A DNA stretch of 64,000 nucleotides from Actinomycetes bacterium (GCA_029263075.1 JAJCYE010000019.1:10454-74453), one strand, 5' to 3'. Positions 30,592-40,072 are shown, counted from the first letter of the stretch. The notes: a model not told the origin generated them from the sequence alone. Program-made: numbers and translations.

Positions 30592-30619
30592 AAAAAACCT
30601 CTCAGCTGCTGAGAGGTTT
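30592..30619 (-). terminator. Attenuator terminator of the ilvBNC-leuAB operon
   Basis: Minus strand AAACCTCTCAGCAGCTGAGAGGTTTTTT. Confidence 0.85.
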
Positions 30620-30649
30620 CGTAGCGCTCGCCGGTGCTGCAGGCGCGCG

Positions 30650-30724
30650 CTACCGCGATACGAGAAGAAGAACCAGTTGCCCCTGAGGGCTCCTTTCTTT
30701 CCGGTCCGTTTCGCCGCGCGTCAC
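30650..30724 (-). CDS. ilvB leader peptide MTRGETDRKERSPQGQLVLLLVSR
   Basis: AGGAG SD 7 nt before GTG; Leu-Val-Leu-Leu-Leu-Val run; terminator about 30 nt downstream. Confidence 0.8.
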   Translation of the reverse strand: MTRGETDRKERSPQGQLVLLLVSR

Positions 30725-30754
30725 TGTCAGACTCCTGTTCGTTGCCGTAGGTCA

Positions 30755-30783
30755 ATAGTGACCCAGCGCTCCTGGGGTGTCAA
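30755..30783 (-). promoter_or_regulatory. Housekeeping sigma promoter of the ilv leader
   Basis: TTGACA-N17-CACTAT on the minus strand. Confidence 0.7.
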
Positions 30784-30878
30784 GCACGGGTTGGCGGCAG
30801 TTAGACTCGGCGCCGGAGATCAGGGCTCAGCGTTATGCGGGTTTGAAGTTGGGGAAGCTGCCCGGGGGCCCGTAACGA

Positions 30879-31091
30879 GTGGGAGTGCACTTGGAATCGA
30901 TTGAAATCCCGTGGGCCGCAGTCGCCCCGCTACTTGTTCTGGTTCTTGCCTTTGTGGGGTACTGCCTGTTCGACCTCTCACGCAGTGAGGTGAAGCACCT
31001 CCCGCGGTGGGCTTGGGGGCTTATCTGTGTCCTCTCCATCCCATTGGGCGGGATCATCTATCTACTGGTGGGCCGCGAGCCGAGGAGCTGA
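30879..31091 (+). CDS. PLDc_N-domain small membrane protein
   Basis: YCLFDL...LPRWAWGLI......PLGGIIYLLVGR motif; TGATG coupling to the ABC ATPase. Confidence 0.8.
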   Translation: MGVHLESIEIPWAAVAPLLVLVLAFVGYCLFDLSRSEVKHLPRWAWGLICVLSIPLGGIIYLLVGREPRS

Positions 31092-31966
31092 TGGTCCGCA
31101 CCACCGGTTTGACGAAGCGCTACGGCGCCGCAGCCGCGGTGGACGGGGTCAACCTGATGGTCCCGGCAGGATCGGTCTACGGACTGGTCGGACCCAACGG
31201 TGCCGGTAAGACCTCGCTGCTTGCCCTGCTGGCCGGTTTGCGCCGTCCGACATCCGGTTCGATGATCATCGATGCCGGACCCGGGGAGATTGCGGTGCTG
31301 CCCGATACCCCGCGCTTCGACCCCTGGCTTACGGGCCGGGAGGTGGTGTCGCTGGCACAACAACTTTCAGGTGCCGCTCCCGACAGCGTCGACCGGGTGA
31401 TTTCGGAGGCTGGGATCGCCGAAGCGGCGGGCCGGGCGGTGGGGGGTTACTCCCGGGGCATGCTGCAACGCCTTGGAGTGGCGTGCACGGTGGTGGGTGC
31501 GCCCAAGCTTCTGTTGCTCGATGAGCCGGCGTCGGCGCTGGATCCTTTGGGTCGCCGGGAGGTCCTCAATCTGGTCGCCAGGCTGCGCGGGGTGGCAACC
31601 GTGCTCTTTTCGAGCCACCTCCTTGCCGATGTTCAGGAGGTCTGCGACACGGTCGGCGTGATGAAGGGTGGCCGGATGATCTTTCAGGGTCCTATCGACC
31701 GGTTGTTGGTCGGTTCAGCGCTGCCCCGGTATGTGGTGCGCTGCCGGCCGCCCATTGAGCCGGTCATCGCCGGTCTGCGGCTTCAAGAGTGGATAGCGGG
31801 CGTTGAGCGAAGCGGGCCCGACGAATTGTCGATCACGGTCCGCAGCCTTGCCGACGCCGAACTCCGGCTCATGGCGGCACTTGCCGGCACCGGGGCCCGG
31901 GTGGTTTCGTTCGGCCCTGAGGAAGTTTCCCTTGAGCGGGCATTCCTGGAACTCACGCAGCCGTGA
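31091..31966 (+). CDS. ABC transporter ATP-binding protein
   Basis: GPNGAGKT, YSRGMLQR, LLLLDEP and SSH motifs. Confidence 0.93.
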   Translation: MVRTTGLTKRYGAAAAVDGVNLMVPAGSVYGLVGPNGAGKTSLLALLAGLRRPTSGSMIIDAGPGEIAVLPDTPRFDPWLTGREVVSLAQQLSGAAPDSVDRVISEAGIAEAAGRAVGGYSRGMLQRLGVACTVVGAPKLLLLDEPASALDPLGRREVLNLVARLRGVATVLFSSHLLADVQEVCDTVGVMKGGRMIFQGPIDRLLVGSALPRYVVRCRPPIEPVIAGLRLQEWIAGVERSGPDELSITVRSLADAELRLMAALAGTGARVVSFGPEEVSLERAFLELTQP

Positions 31967-32715
31967 GTTTGTGGCGGCTCGAGTGGCTGCGGCTGCTGAG
32001 GACCAAACGGTGGGTGGCCCTGCTGGGTGTCTACATCTTTTTCGGGTTTCTCGGGCCTCTGACCGCGCGCTACCTAAGCGAGATCGTCTCGTTCGCCGGG
32101 GCGGGGGGTGCCACCATCAATTTCCCGCCTCCGGTGCCGGCGGACGGCATGGCCCAGTACGTCTCCAACGCCCTGCAGTTGGGAACTCTGGTCTCGGTGG
32201 TCGTTGCGGCCGGAGCGGTTGGTTTTGATGCCGTCCCGGAAATGGGGGTCTTCTTGCGCACCCGGGTGCCGGGGACGTTGCGCATCCTTCTTCCCCGGAT
32301 GGTGGTGGTCTGCGGAGCCATTGTGTTTGCGTTCGTGGCGGGGTCGCTCGCGGCCTGGTACGAAACGTGGGCTCTGCTCGGCTCGCCGGGGGCCAGGGCG
32401 GTACTTGCCGGGATCGGATTCGGTTCAATTTTCCTGGTCTTCGTGGTGGCGCTGGTGGGCGCCGTATCGGCCCGCTTGAACTCGGTCTTGGGGACCGTCA
32501 TGGTGTCGATAGTCATCCTGCTTTTGATGCCGGTGGTGTCGGTTGCCGGTGCCGCCGGCCGCTGGCTGCCCAGTCACCTGGCCGGGGCATTGGGTGAACT
32601 CCCGGCGGGCGGCGCCCGCCCCTCAGACTACCTGGGTGCCGCGGTGGTGACCCTGGTTGCTACGGTGTGCCTGACCTGGCTGGCGGTCGTCATGGCCGCC
32701 CGCCGGGAGCTTTGA
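31963..32715 (+). CDS. ABC-2-type exporter permease
   Basis: About six TM helices; GTGA overlap with the ATPase. Confidence 0.82.
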   Translation: MSLWRLEWLRLLRTKRWVALLGVYIFFGFLGPLTARYLSEIVSFAGAGGATINFPPPVPADGMAQYVSNALQLGTLVSVVVAAGAVGFDAVPEMGVFLRTRVPGTLRILLPRMVVVCGAIVFAFVAGSLAAWYETWALLGSPGARAVLAGIGFGSIFLVFVVALVGAVSARLNSVLGTVMVSIVILLLMPVVSVAGAAGRWLPSHLAGALGELPAGGARPSDYLGAAVVTLVATVCLTWLAVVMAARREL

Positions 32716-32818
32716 CCGGTTCGGCCCAAAGCTACCCCCGCCGCACCTTTGTTTCAGCTTCAAGTCCGCAGCCGGGAGCGTTGTTATGCTCTTTGAAACT
32801 TTCCGACAGGAGATCTGG

Positions 32819-34519
32819 ATGAGCGACGAGCCGAACCTCAAGCCACGTAGCGCCGATGTCACCGAAGGGTCCAAGAGGGCCCCCGCCCGGGCGATGTTGC
32901 GTGCGGTAGGCATGAAGGACGGCGACTTCTCCAAGCCCATCATTGCGGTCGCGTCGTCCTGGAACGAGGTCACGCCCTGCAACCTCCACCTCGACAAACT
33001 CGCCGATCGCTCCAAGGCGGGGGTCCACGAAGCCGGCGGTTACCCGCTGGAGTTCACCACCATCGCCGTCTCGGACGGCATCTCGATGGGGACCGAGGGG
33101 ATGCGGGCATCCCTGATCTCCCGTGAGGTGATTGCGGACTCGGTGGAGGTAGTGGTGCACGCGGAGCGCCTCGACGGTGTGGTGACGATCGCCGGGTGCG
33201 ACAAGAGCCTGCCCGGCATGGTCATGGCCGCGGTCCGCCTCAACCTGCCTTCGGTGTTCCTCTACGGCGGGACGATCATGCCCGGTCGGTTCCGGGGCAA
33301 AGACGTCACCATCCAGGACGTCTTTGAAGGAGTGGGAGCCCACGCCGCAGGCAAGATGTCCGACAAGGATCTTCATGAACTGGAATCCAGCGCCTGCCCG
33401 GGCGCCGGTTCCTGCGCCGGTCACTACACCGCCAACACGATGGCAGCGGCCGTCGAGGCGATGGGCTTGTCCCTGCCCGGGAGCGCTTCGCCGCCGGCGA
33501 TCACCGAACGCCGTGCCGAGTTCGCATTCCAAAGCGGCATGGCGGTTGTTGAACAGCTTCGCCGGGGAATCACCGCCCGCGACATCGTCACCAAAAAGTC
33601 CATAGAGAACGCCATCACCGTGGTCATGGCCACCGGCGGGTCGACCAATGCGGTGTTGCACATGCTGGCAATCGCCCACGAAGCCGGGCTGGAGTTGGAC
33701 ATCGATGAGTTCGACGTAATCTCCCGCCGGGTTCCCCACATCGCCGACCTACGGCCGGCCGGCCGGTTCGTCATGGCCGATTGGGACCGGGTCGGGGGAG
33801 TTCAGGTGGTCATCCGGGAACTGCTGGAGGCAGGTTTGCTTCACGGCGACTGCCTGACCGCGAACGGCAAGACGCTGGCGGAAAACGCAGAGGGCGCCGG
33901 CGAGCCCGACGGAGAGGTCATCCGCCCGATGTCCGCGGCCTTGCACCCGACCGGAGGCACCGTGATCCTCAAGGGGACCCTGGCGCCGGAGGGTTCGGTC
34001 TGCAAAGCGGCCGGCCTGGAGGGCGCCGATGAGATCCGTGGCCCCGCCCGGGTATTCGACTCCGAGGACGACGCCTTCGAAGCCGTCGTCAACAACCGGA
34101 TCAACAAGGGCGACGTGGTAGTCATCCGATACGAGGGCCCGAAGGGCGGACCGGGTATGCGGGAGATGCTGGCGGTCACCGGGGCGATTTTCGGCGCCGG
34201 GATGGGCAAGGATGTCGCCCTCATCACAGACGGGCGATTTTCCGGAGCCACCCATGGGTTCTCGGTGGGCCACGTGGCGCCCGAAGCGGCCGACGGGGGA
34301 CCGATCGCTTTGGTGCGGGAGGGTGACGAAATCGTCCTCGACATCCCCAACCGCAAGATCGACCTGATGGTTGACGCCGATGAACTCAGTCGCCGGCTGG
34401 CTGCATGGACCAATCCTGCGCCCCGCTACGCCACCGGTGCTCTGGAGAAATACGCCCGCACCGTGGGCAGTTCGGCCCGGGGAGCGGTCACCACTGCCTG
34501 GGTACCTCAGTCCAGCTGA
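32819..34519 (+). CDS. ilvD: Dihydroxy-acid dehydratase
   Basis: [38 protein letters not shown] and TDGRFSG motifs. Confidence 0.96.
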   Translation: MSDEPNLKPRSADVTEGSKRAPARAMLRAVGMKDGDFSKPIIAVASSWNEVTPCNLHLDKLADRSKAGVHEAGGYPLEFTTIAVSDGISMGTEGMRASLISREVIADSVEVVVHAERLDGVVTIAGCDKSLPGMVMAAVRLNLPSVFLYGGTIMPGRFRGKDVTIQDVFEGVGAHAAGKMSDKDLHELESSACPGAGSCAGHYTANTMAAAVEAMGLSLPGSASPPAITERRAEFAFQSGMAVVEQLRRGITARDIVTKKSIENAITVVMATGGSTNAVLHMLAIAHEAGLELDIDEFDVISRRVPHIADLRPAGRFVMADWDRVGGVQVVIRELLEAGLLHGDCLTANGKTLAENAEGAGEPDGEVIRPMSAALHPTGGTVILKGTLAPEGSVCKAAGLEGADEIRGPARVFDSEDDAFEAVVNNRINKGDVVVIRYEGPKGGPGMREMLAVTGAIFGAGMGKDVALITDGRFSGATHGFSVGHVAPEAADGGPIALVREGDEIVLDIPNRKIDLMVDADELSRRLAAWTNPAPRYATGALEKYARTVGSSARGAVTTAWVPQSS

Positions 34520-34538
34520 AACCGGCCGATATCCGGGC

Positions 34539-34560
34539 TGTCACAGCCGGGACTTAGTAT
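34539..34560 (+). promoter_or_regulatory. PafBC/RecA-NDp-like promoter
   Basis: TGTCAC-N10-TAGTAT compared with the consensus TGTCGG-N10-TANNNT. Confidence 0.5.
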
Positions 34561-34587
34561 GTCCGGCATGTCAGTAGGAGCGGGCAG

Positions 34588-35160
34588 GTGACCACCGGGC
34601 AGGATTCTTTGCCGCTGGATGAGCAGAGCTTTCCCGACCGTCAAGCTGCGGCCGAGCCCTTCGCCCCCCGGGTCGAGGTGCGTCGGTCGGAGCGGCGCCA
34701 TCGCACCGTATCGGCCCGGCTGAAGGAAGGCACCCTAGTGGTGTACCTGCCCGCCCGGATGTCCGGGGCGGAGGAGGATCGCTGGGTTCAGACCATGCTC
34801 AAACGGTTCGAGGCCCGGAGCCGGCGGGCCCGGCTGAACTCGGAGGGCGACCTGCAGCGCCGGGCCCGCGAGCTCAACCGCCTGTACTTCGACGGCCGGT
34901 TGAAATGGAAGTCGCTGGAATATGTAACCAACCAAAACTCGCGCTACGGGTCATGTTCGCCGGGGGAAGGGACCATTCGGATCTCCTCGGCCTTGGCCGG
35001 GATGCCCGGATGGGTGCGGGACTACGTGCTGGTGCACGAACTGGCCCACCTGGAGGAGGCCAACCACTCAGGTGCTTTCTGGGCGCTGGTCAACCGGTAC
35101 CCGTTGACCGAGCGGGCCCGCGGCTACCTGATGGCCAAGGGGATGGAGCAGGAGAGTTAG
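34588..35160 (+). CDS. YgjP/DUF45-like (M48/SprT-like) zinc metallopeptidase
   Basis: VEVRRS.RR, YGSCS and [16 protein letters not shown] motifs. Confidence 0.88.
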   Translation: MTTGQDSLPLDEQSFPDRQAAAEPFAPRVEVRRSERRHRTVSARLKEGTLVVYLPARMSGAEEDRWVQTMLKRFEARSRRARLNSEGDLQRRARELNRLYFDGRLKWKSLEYVTNQNSRYGSCSPGEGTIRISSALAGMPGWVRDYVLVHELAHLEEANHSGAFWALVNRYPLTERARGYLMAKGMEQES

Positions 35161-35462
35161 GCCAGCAGGTTCTTGGCACCGTTCTCAATGAGGCTCTTGG
35201 CCCTGCCTTCGAAGCGGCCGGTGCCGGGAGGCATCTTCCCGCGGATCTCCACCGCCGAACCTTGCACGAGTATCGAGCCCGCAATCTTGAACATCTTCAT
35301 TTTCAGGCTGAATTCGCACCGGTTGTCGTGCCACTGTTCGGTCACATCGTTGACCTGGCCGCCGTAGCGGGACTTGAGGTCGGCAACCAGCAGTTTGATC
35401 CGGCGGAGGGCTTCATCCTCGGAGAGTTGGTGGGGGACGGAAACGACGAATTCTTTACCCAA
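35157..35462 (-). CDS. Polyhydroxyalkanoic-acid-system (PHA_gran_rgn-like) protein
   Basis: [14 protein letters not shown]...W......F.......G pattern; 101 aa. Confidence 0.65.
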   Translation of the reverse strand: MGKEFVVSVPHQLSEDEALRRIKLLVADLKSRYGGQVNDVTEQWHDNRCEFSLKMKMFKIAGSILVQGSAVEIRGKMPPGTGRFEGRAKSLIENGAKNLLA

Positions 35463-35485
35463 TCAAATCTCCCGACTGCATCAAA

Positions 35486-35517
35486 AGGGCCGGCTCGGAA
35501 TCACCCGAGCCGGCCCT
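35486..35517. terminator. 13-bp stem hairpin terminator
   Basis: AGGGCCGGCTCGG-aatcac-CCGAGCCGGCCCT, with a T-run on the minus strand. Confidence 0.75.
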
Positions 35518-35537
35518 ATTCTCTAGTAAACCGTTCG

Positions 35538-35801
35538 TCAGGCTCTGCGCCTGCCGCCCATAGAGCCTTCGGCCACCCCGATTAACAGGACGGCGACAAC
35601 GACGGCCAGGACGAATCCGAGGAAGTTCAACTCTGTGATGCTGCCGGTGCCCAGCAAGCTGGCGATCCAGCCGCCGACCAACGCGCCGACCACCCCGAGC
35701 ACCATTGTCATCAAGATTCCCAGCGTCTGTTTGCCCGGTTTTATCAAACGAGCAAGTGCTCCGATGATCAGTCCAACTATCAACAATCCGATTATGGCCA
35801 T
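35538..35801 (-). CDS. GlsB/YeaQ/YmgE stress-associated membrane protein
   Basis: IIG.LIVGLIIGALARLIKPG....G...T..LGVVGA.VGG motif; GGGAG SD. Confidence 0.9.
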   Translation of the reverse strand: MAIIGLLIVGLIIGALARLIKPGKQTLGILMTMVLGVVGALVGGWIASLLGTGSITELNFLGFVLAVVVAVLLIGVAEGSMGGRRRA

Positions 35802-35890
35802 GTTCTCAGACTCCCTTGCCGTACTCCGGCCCCGACCTGCGGGCGAATGATGTTTCCGTTCGAGCAAGTTCATTCTTTAGTGGCCGCCGA

Positions 35891-37492
35891 CTACCCACGG
35901 CTTCGTTTCCAATCCCTCCGCGTCATTCCTATGAACCGCTTGTCGGATCCAGCAACATTGCGGTGAAGGATGTCGGACAGTGTCATGGTGTCGGTGATTA
36001 TCTCCAATCCCAGGGCTGAAAAGGTGTTCTCATTGAAAATTCTGGGAGCAAGTAGCGGGTTGGTGAAAGCCTGGGAGAACGCATCGATGCCCACCATGCG
36101 TCCTATGAGTGAAGGAAGTACGGAGTTGGGTCGAATGTCTTCGGCGTACAGGCCGGTATAAAACTCGATCCGGTCGACGGATCCATAGAGGCTTTTCAGC
36201 GATTCCTGCACCTTGGGGTCGCCCGAGATCTGGTTGAAGGCAGTTACCCGGGGATATCCGCACAGCTCGCGGTAGTCGTTATAGCTCGCCAGGTTCACCG
36301 CCCGACCCTTCTCGATACTCCAGATCTGGACCTGGCGCAAAGCCGGGTCGGTGTTGAAGAGGCGGATCTTGCCGGCGGCTTGGTTCGAGGCGTCTTCCAT
36401 CAACTGGCCCAAGCCGTTCTTGGTCAACATCTCGGTCTGGTAAAGGGTGTCGGCCACCGGCACATTGTCGCCCGCGATGCGGTAGGTACCCGGCACCAGC
36501 GGGTGCCAGCGGTAGACGAGATTGAACTCCACTGCCATCCAGTTGGGGCGGTACCAGGGGGGATTCTTAAAGCTGGCGGGGTTGGCCCGGAACTGGAAGT
36601 GATACGGGGTGATGTGGTTGATGTACTCCTCCACAACGATCTTGATCAAGAGCACGATAAGGACGTTGCGGGCAGTCTCGAAAAGGCGATCGTCGTCCCA
36701 ACTCGGGTATTTGGCGGCCAGTTCCCGTGCGACCCGGTTGTGTTCGCGGAAGAACAGCACGTTCATCAAGACGAACCCGAGTTGCAGGTTGGCGGTGTCG
36801 CTGCCGACGGCAAAAAACTTCGCCAACTCCTCCGGCTTAAAGTCGGGCTTGAGGTTGGTGGGCACGTCGGGGACCTTGGAGAACTCGGCCTTCTTCTTGC
36901 CGGATTCGTCGTATGCGTATTCGGGGTACTCCTCGCCGCCGATGGTTTGGAACTTCAGCAGGCCGCCGTCATGAAGCCTGAGTTGGTCGGTTACATCGGG
37001 AGTCAGCCCGTAGATCTGCATGAGGTCGATTTCGTGGTTGGAGTCGTTCTTGCGGGGGTCGGGCGGGTGTGCCCGGTCGCTGCGCAGGAATCCATCGGTG
37101 AACCAGGCGGCAAAGTAAGAAAAGAGCACCGTCGACTTGTCGGATGAGATGACCTTGCCGTTCTCCCTGAGGAAGATTTCGGCCACGTCCCCGGGATCGG
37201 GAAGGTCGCTCAACGCTTGAGCGGGTGGGGGGAGGTGCCGGCTGCTGTAGCGACGGTTGGAGAGAGATTCCCAACTGGTGTAGTCGGATCGGGTGCTGAA
37301 TGGGTTCGGCCTGAAGGGCATCTTGGCGGTCGCCCGGTCGATCAACTTGCCGTTAACTATCCGTTCCAGTGCCGGCTGGTGTTGAAGCGTCTTCCAGACG
37401 AAGCCGTAGCCGGTGAGCAGCTTAGCCTCCAGGATATTGGCTTTGCCGTCGGCACTCGTATCCCTGTTTTCGATTACCGAACCTTGCGCCAT
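35891..37492 (-). CDS. Cyclooxygenase-like heme peroxidase / fatty-acid dioxygenase
   Basis: EFNLVYRWHPLVP (COX Tyr385/His388 equivalent), FFREHNRVA, LFETARN, KIVVEEYINHI, SYNDYR and DAFSQAFTNPL motifs. Confidence 0.88.
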   Translation of the reverse strand: MAQGSVIENRDTSADGKANILEAKLLTGYGFVWKTLQHQPALERIVNGKLIDRATAKMPFRPNPFSTRSDYTSWESLSNRRYSSRHLPPPAQALSDLPDPGDVAEIFLRENGKVISSDKSTVLFSYFAAWFTDGFLRSDRAHPPDPRKNDSNHEIDLMQIYGLTPDVTDQLRLHDGGLLKFQTIGGEEYPEYAYDESGKKKAEFSKVPDVPTNLKPDFKPEELAKFFAVGSDTANLQLGFVLMNVLFFREHNRVARELAAKYPSWDDDRLFETARNVLIVLLIKIVVEEYINHITPYHFQFRANPASFKNPPWYRPNWMAVEFNLVYRWHPLVPGTYRIAGDNVPVADTLYQTEMLTKNGLGQLMEDASNQAAGKIRLFNTDPALRQVQIWSIEKGRAVNLASYNDYRELCGYPRVTAFNQISGDPKVQESLKSLYGSVDRIEFYTGLYAEDIRPNSVLPSLIGRMVGIDAFSQAFTNPLLAPRIFNENTFSALGLEIITDTMTLSDILHRNVAGSDKRFIGMTRRDWKRSRG

Positions 37493-37541
37493 TGACCATG
37501 TTCCTTCCGGCTGGGGGCGGTGACCGCCCGCGAACTATCGG

Positions 37542-38831
37542 TTAGGCGGTTGGGACCCCGGCGTTGCCGAAGCCGAACCAGAAGCTTTCCGGGAACGGAC
37601 CCCCGTGAAAGTCGATCTTGCCCTCAGGCGGGGGCAGCAGGTGCACGTTGGGTCTCAGAAGGATACGGCGGACGGCTTCTGGGACGATGACCGACCCCAC
37701 ATATTTGCCTAGGCAGGTGTGGTGGCCGTAGCCGAAGTGCAGGCTGAGATGGTCCGGGCGGTCGGTCCGGAAGTCTTCGGGATCTTCGAACAAGTCGGCG
37801 TCGAACCCCGCGGACGAGGTGCAGGCGAATACCAGGGTCCCGGCCGGGATCACCGTTTCCCGCTCGGTTCCGGCAGCGATGGTGTATTCCTCGACCGAAA
37901 GGCGGAAGATCAGCGGGTTGATCGGGTTGTGGCGCAGGCCTTCCCACACGTAGGCGTCGAACGCGGCCATGTCCTCGCCGTGTGCCGCGGCGACCGCCTC
38001 TTCATGGATGCCGGGCCTCAGCAGGATCTGTTCCAGCGACTGGGCGATGGCCTGTGAGGTGGTTTCGCCGGTTCCTACAAGCAATCCCATTATGTTCGAG
38101 AGCAACCGTTCGTCGTCGAACCCGATCTCGTCCGGGAAGTGGGTGCGGACCAGGCGGCTGAATGTGTCCTGGGGCGGGTCGCCGTAACCCCCGCCGGCCT
38201 CGCGTTTTTCGGCCAGGAGCCCGGTCAGGTACTGCTTCATCTCCTCGCCTGCCCGGACTGCCGCCTCGTGGATGGCCGGGTCGTTAAGCAGGTTCTTGAA
38301 CATGTTGGTCTGGGTGGCCTTGGACCAGCGGTACATCGACTCGAGGTTTGGTCCGGGGAACCCGAAGTACTCGCCCACGATGTTTATAGGTACGTAGCGA
38401 CAGAGGTTGTTGATCGCTTCGATCTTGCCCTCAGGGGCGGCGGTGTCCAGGGCCTTGTCCGCAAGTATTCCGGCCGCCTCCCTTACCGCAGGTAGATCCT
38501 CCGGCCGCAGGACCGCCTGCATGATCCCCTTCTCCCGCCAGTTGATGGGGGTGGCGTCCCGGGCCAGCATAAAGGGCCCCACCACCGGGTCCATGTGGGG
38601 CTGGTAGGGCCGCACGGTAAATACCTTCTCGCGCGATAGAACCTCGGTGACGTCCGGAAAGCGGGTGACGAAGGTGAAGTTGGGGGTTTTGAGAATGGGA
38701 CGTTGTTCCCGCAACTCTTTGAAAAATGCGGCCCAGTCGGTGCGGATCCACTTCAGGGCGAGTCCGACCTTGGTCTGGTCGTCGGCGGCGTCGTACTGAT
38801 CAAGAAAGCTGGCGGTCTGGGTGTCCGGCAA
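37542..38831 (-). CDS. Cytochrome P450
   Basis: GGAGG SD with TTG start; I-helix VGTGETT, K-helix EGLR, heme loop FGYGHHTCLG. Confidence 0.92.
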   Translation of the reverse strand: MPDTQTASFLDQYDAADDQTKVGLALKWIRTDWAAFFKELREQRPILKTPNFTFVTRFPDVTEVLSREKVFTVRPYQPHMDPVVGPFMLARDATPINWREKGIMQAVLRPEDLPAVREAAGILADKALDTAAPEGKIEAINNLCRYVPINIVGEYFGFPGPNLESMYRWSKATQTNMFKNLLNDPAIHEAAVRAGEEMKQYLTGLLAEKREAGGGYGDPPQDTFSRLVRTHFPDEIGFDDERLLSNIMGLLVGTGETTSQAIAQSLEQILLRPGIHEEAVAAAHGEDMAAFDAYVWEGLRHNPINPLIFRLSVEEYTIAAGTERETVIPAGTLVFACTSSAGFDADLFEDPEDFRTDRPDHLSLHFGYGHHTCLGKYVGSVIVPEAVRRILLRPNVHLLPPPEGKIDFHGGPFPESFWFGFGNAGVPTA

Positions 38832-38923
38832 AATTTGGCCTCCAAGCAGCGTGATCCGGCGCCGGCCTGTGGGTTCTTTCGGCGCTCCCTCGTAGGATCC
38901 CGCTCTCTGGAGATCTTGGGGAG

Positions 38924-38951
38924 AGCCTAAAACTTTTGGGGTGCGGGTCAA
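38924..38951 (-). promoter_or_regulatory. Putative promoter of the P450-dioxygenase operon
   Basis: TTGACC-N16-TAGGCT on the minus strand. Confidence 0.5.
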
Positions 38952-38976
38952 GGGGGATGGCGGAGGTAATCGCCTC

Positions 38977-39003
38977 AAAAGTGGGTGCCCAAGGTACCCA
39001 CTT
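38977..39003 (-). terminator. Terminator after the metallothionein-VOC-PPOX genes
   Basis: Minus strand AAGTGGGT-accttgggc-ACCCACTTTT. Confidence 0.6.
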
Positions 39004-39018
39004 GCCCGGCGGAGGTAC

Positions 39019-39363
39019 CTAGTCCTCTTTGCGCTTCCAGGAAGCCTTGCGCTCGGGCCGGACCCGGATCTGCGATTGTTCGGAGCCAACTCCTTTTGAG
39101 ATCACCTCGGCGACGCCGGTGACCAGCACGCCCCATTTCGGTTTCCCGTAGATGAGGATTGAGACCCGGGGGTCGGCTTCGATGTTGCGCATTTTTGCGG
39201 CGCTGGAGTCGGTCTCGAACCGTAAGTAGCCACTCTCCCAGCGCACGCCTACCGGCGCGGCGTGCGGGTACCCGTCGCGGCCGTTGGTGGTGAGGATTCC
39301 GACGGTTCGATCCGTTCGCTCCCGCTCCCAGTCCTCGAAATGCGGTCCAGCCTTATCGCTCAT
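39019..39363 (-). CDS. Pyridoxamine-5'-phosphate-oxidase-like (PPOX/F420-binding split barrel) protein
   Basis: L.T...DG.PH..PV and K.RNI.ADPRVS motifs. Confidence 0.82.
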   Translation of the reverse strand: MSDKAGPHFEDWERERTDRTVGILTTNGRDGYPHAAPVGVRWESGYLRFETDSSAAKMRNIEADPRVSILIYGKPKWGVLVTGVAEVISKGVGSEQSQIRVRPERKASWKRKED

Positions 39364-39833
39364 CGGTTCTGCTCCTGTCGGGCGATGACCTCAACTTCGT
39401 TGCCCTCCGGGTCGTCCACGTAGAAGGTTCTCACGTCCGGCAACACCGGGTGGATGCCCTGACGGACGTTGAGCCCGTAGGTGCGGCAGATCTCCTGGAG
39501 TTCGTCGTAACGGGAAGGGTTGACCGCGAAGGCCAGGTGGTGAAGAACCCGGGAGGGTTTATCGGAAGGGAAAGCCGGAGCCTCCTGGGGGTGCGGAAAC
39601 AGCACAATCATCTGGGGCACTCCGCCAGGGCCGGTGCCGGCGCTCAAGAACTTGGCTTTGAAATCCGGTTCCGAGATCATCTCCAACCCAAAAAGATCGC
39701 GATAGAACCGCAGCGTAGCGTCCATGTCGCGGGTCCACAGCACGATCTCGGCGAGTCCGAGGACCGTGCGTTCGGGGTCAGGTTCGGGCAAGCCGGCCCG
39801 GGCTCCGGCCGGTCGCTCGGTGTTTAGTGGCAA
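39360..39833 (-). CDS. VOC/glyoxalase family protein
   Basis: FYRDLFGL, LHHLAFAV and FYVDDPEGNEVE motifs. Start uncertain. Confidence 0.85.
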   Translation of the reverse strand: MPLNTERPAGARAGLPEPDPERTVLGLAEIVLWTRDMDATLRFYRDLFGLEMISEPDFKAKFLSAGTGPGGVPQMIVLFPHPQEAPAFPSDKPSRVLHHLAFAVNPSRYDELQEICRTYGLNVRQGIHPVLPDVRTFYVDDPEGNEVEVIARQEQNR

Positions 39834-39964
39834 CCTTCGTGCCCACAGCCGCAGTCGTGGGCGACGTGACCTTCGTGGGAACCGTGCTTGGCGCAGTAGT
39901 CGCTGCAGTAGCCGTCTTCACGAGCCTCACACTTGCAACCTTCGTGACCACACTGCTGAGCCAT
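39824..39964 (-). CDS. Bacterial metallothionein-like Cys/His-rich peptide (46 aa)
   Basis: AAGGAGG SD; MAQQCGHEGCKCEAREDGYCSDYCAKHGSHEGHVAHDCGCGHEGCH*. The YCS..C core resembles the SmtA/BmtA family. Confidence 0.8.
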   Translation of the reverse strand: MAQQCGHEGCKCEAREDGYCSDYCAKHGSHEGHVAHDCGCGHEGCH

Positions 39965-40072
39965 AGCCGCCTCCTTCGAGTCCGTTGCGTCGGGTCCGCA
40001 CGTTCGCTGCCTACGATACTTCGGTTGGCTATCCGGGGCACCAGGTACGAGGTTTCCGATAACCTGTTGCCC

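Noticed and set aside
38832-39089. N-terminal extension of the P450 in the ORF track
   Set aside because: It overlaps the PPOX gene, a terminator and a promoter; an SD-supported TTG at 38831 gives a normal-length P450.
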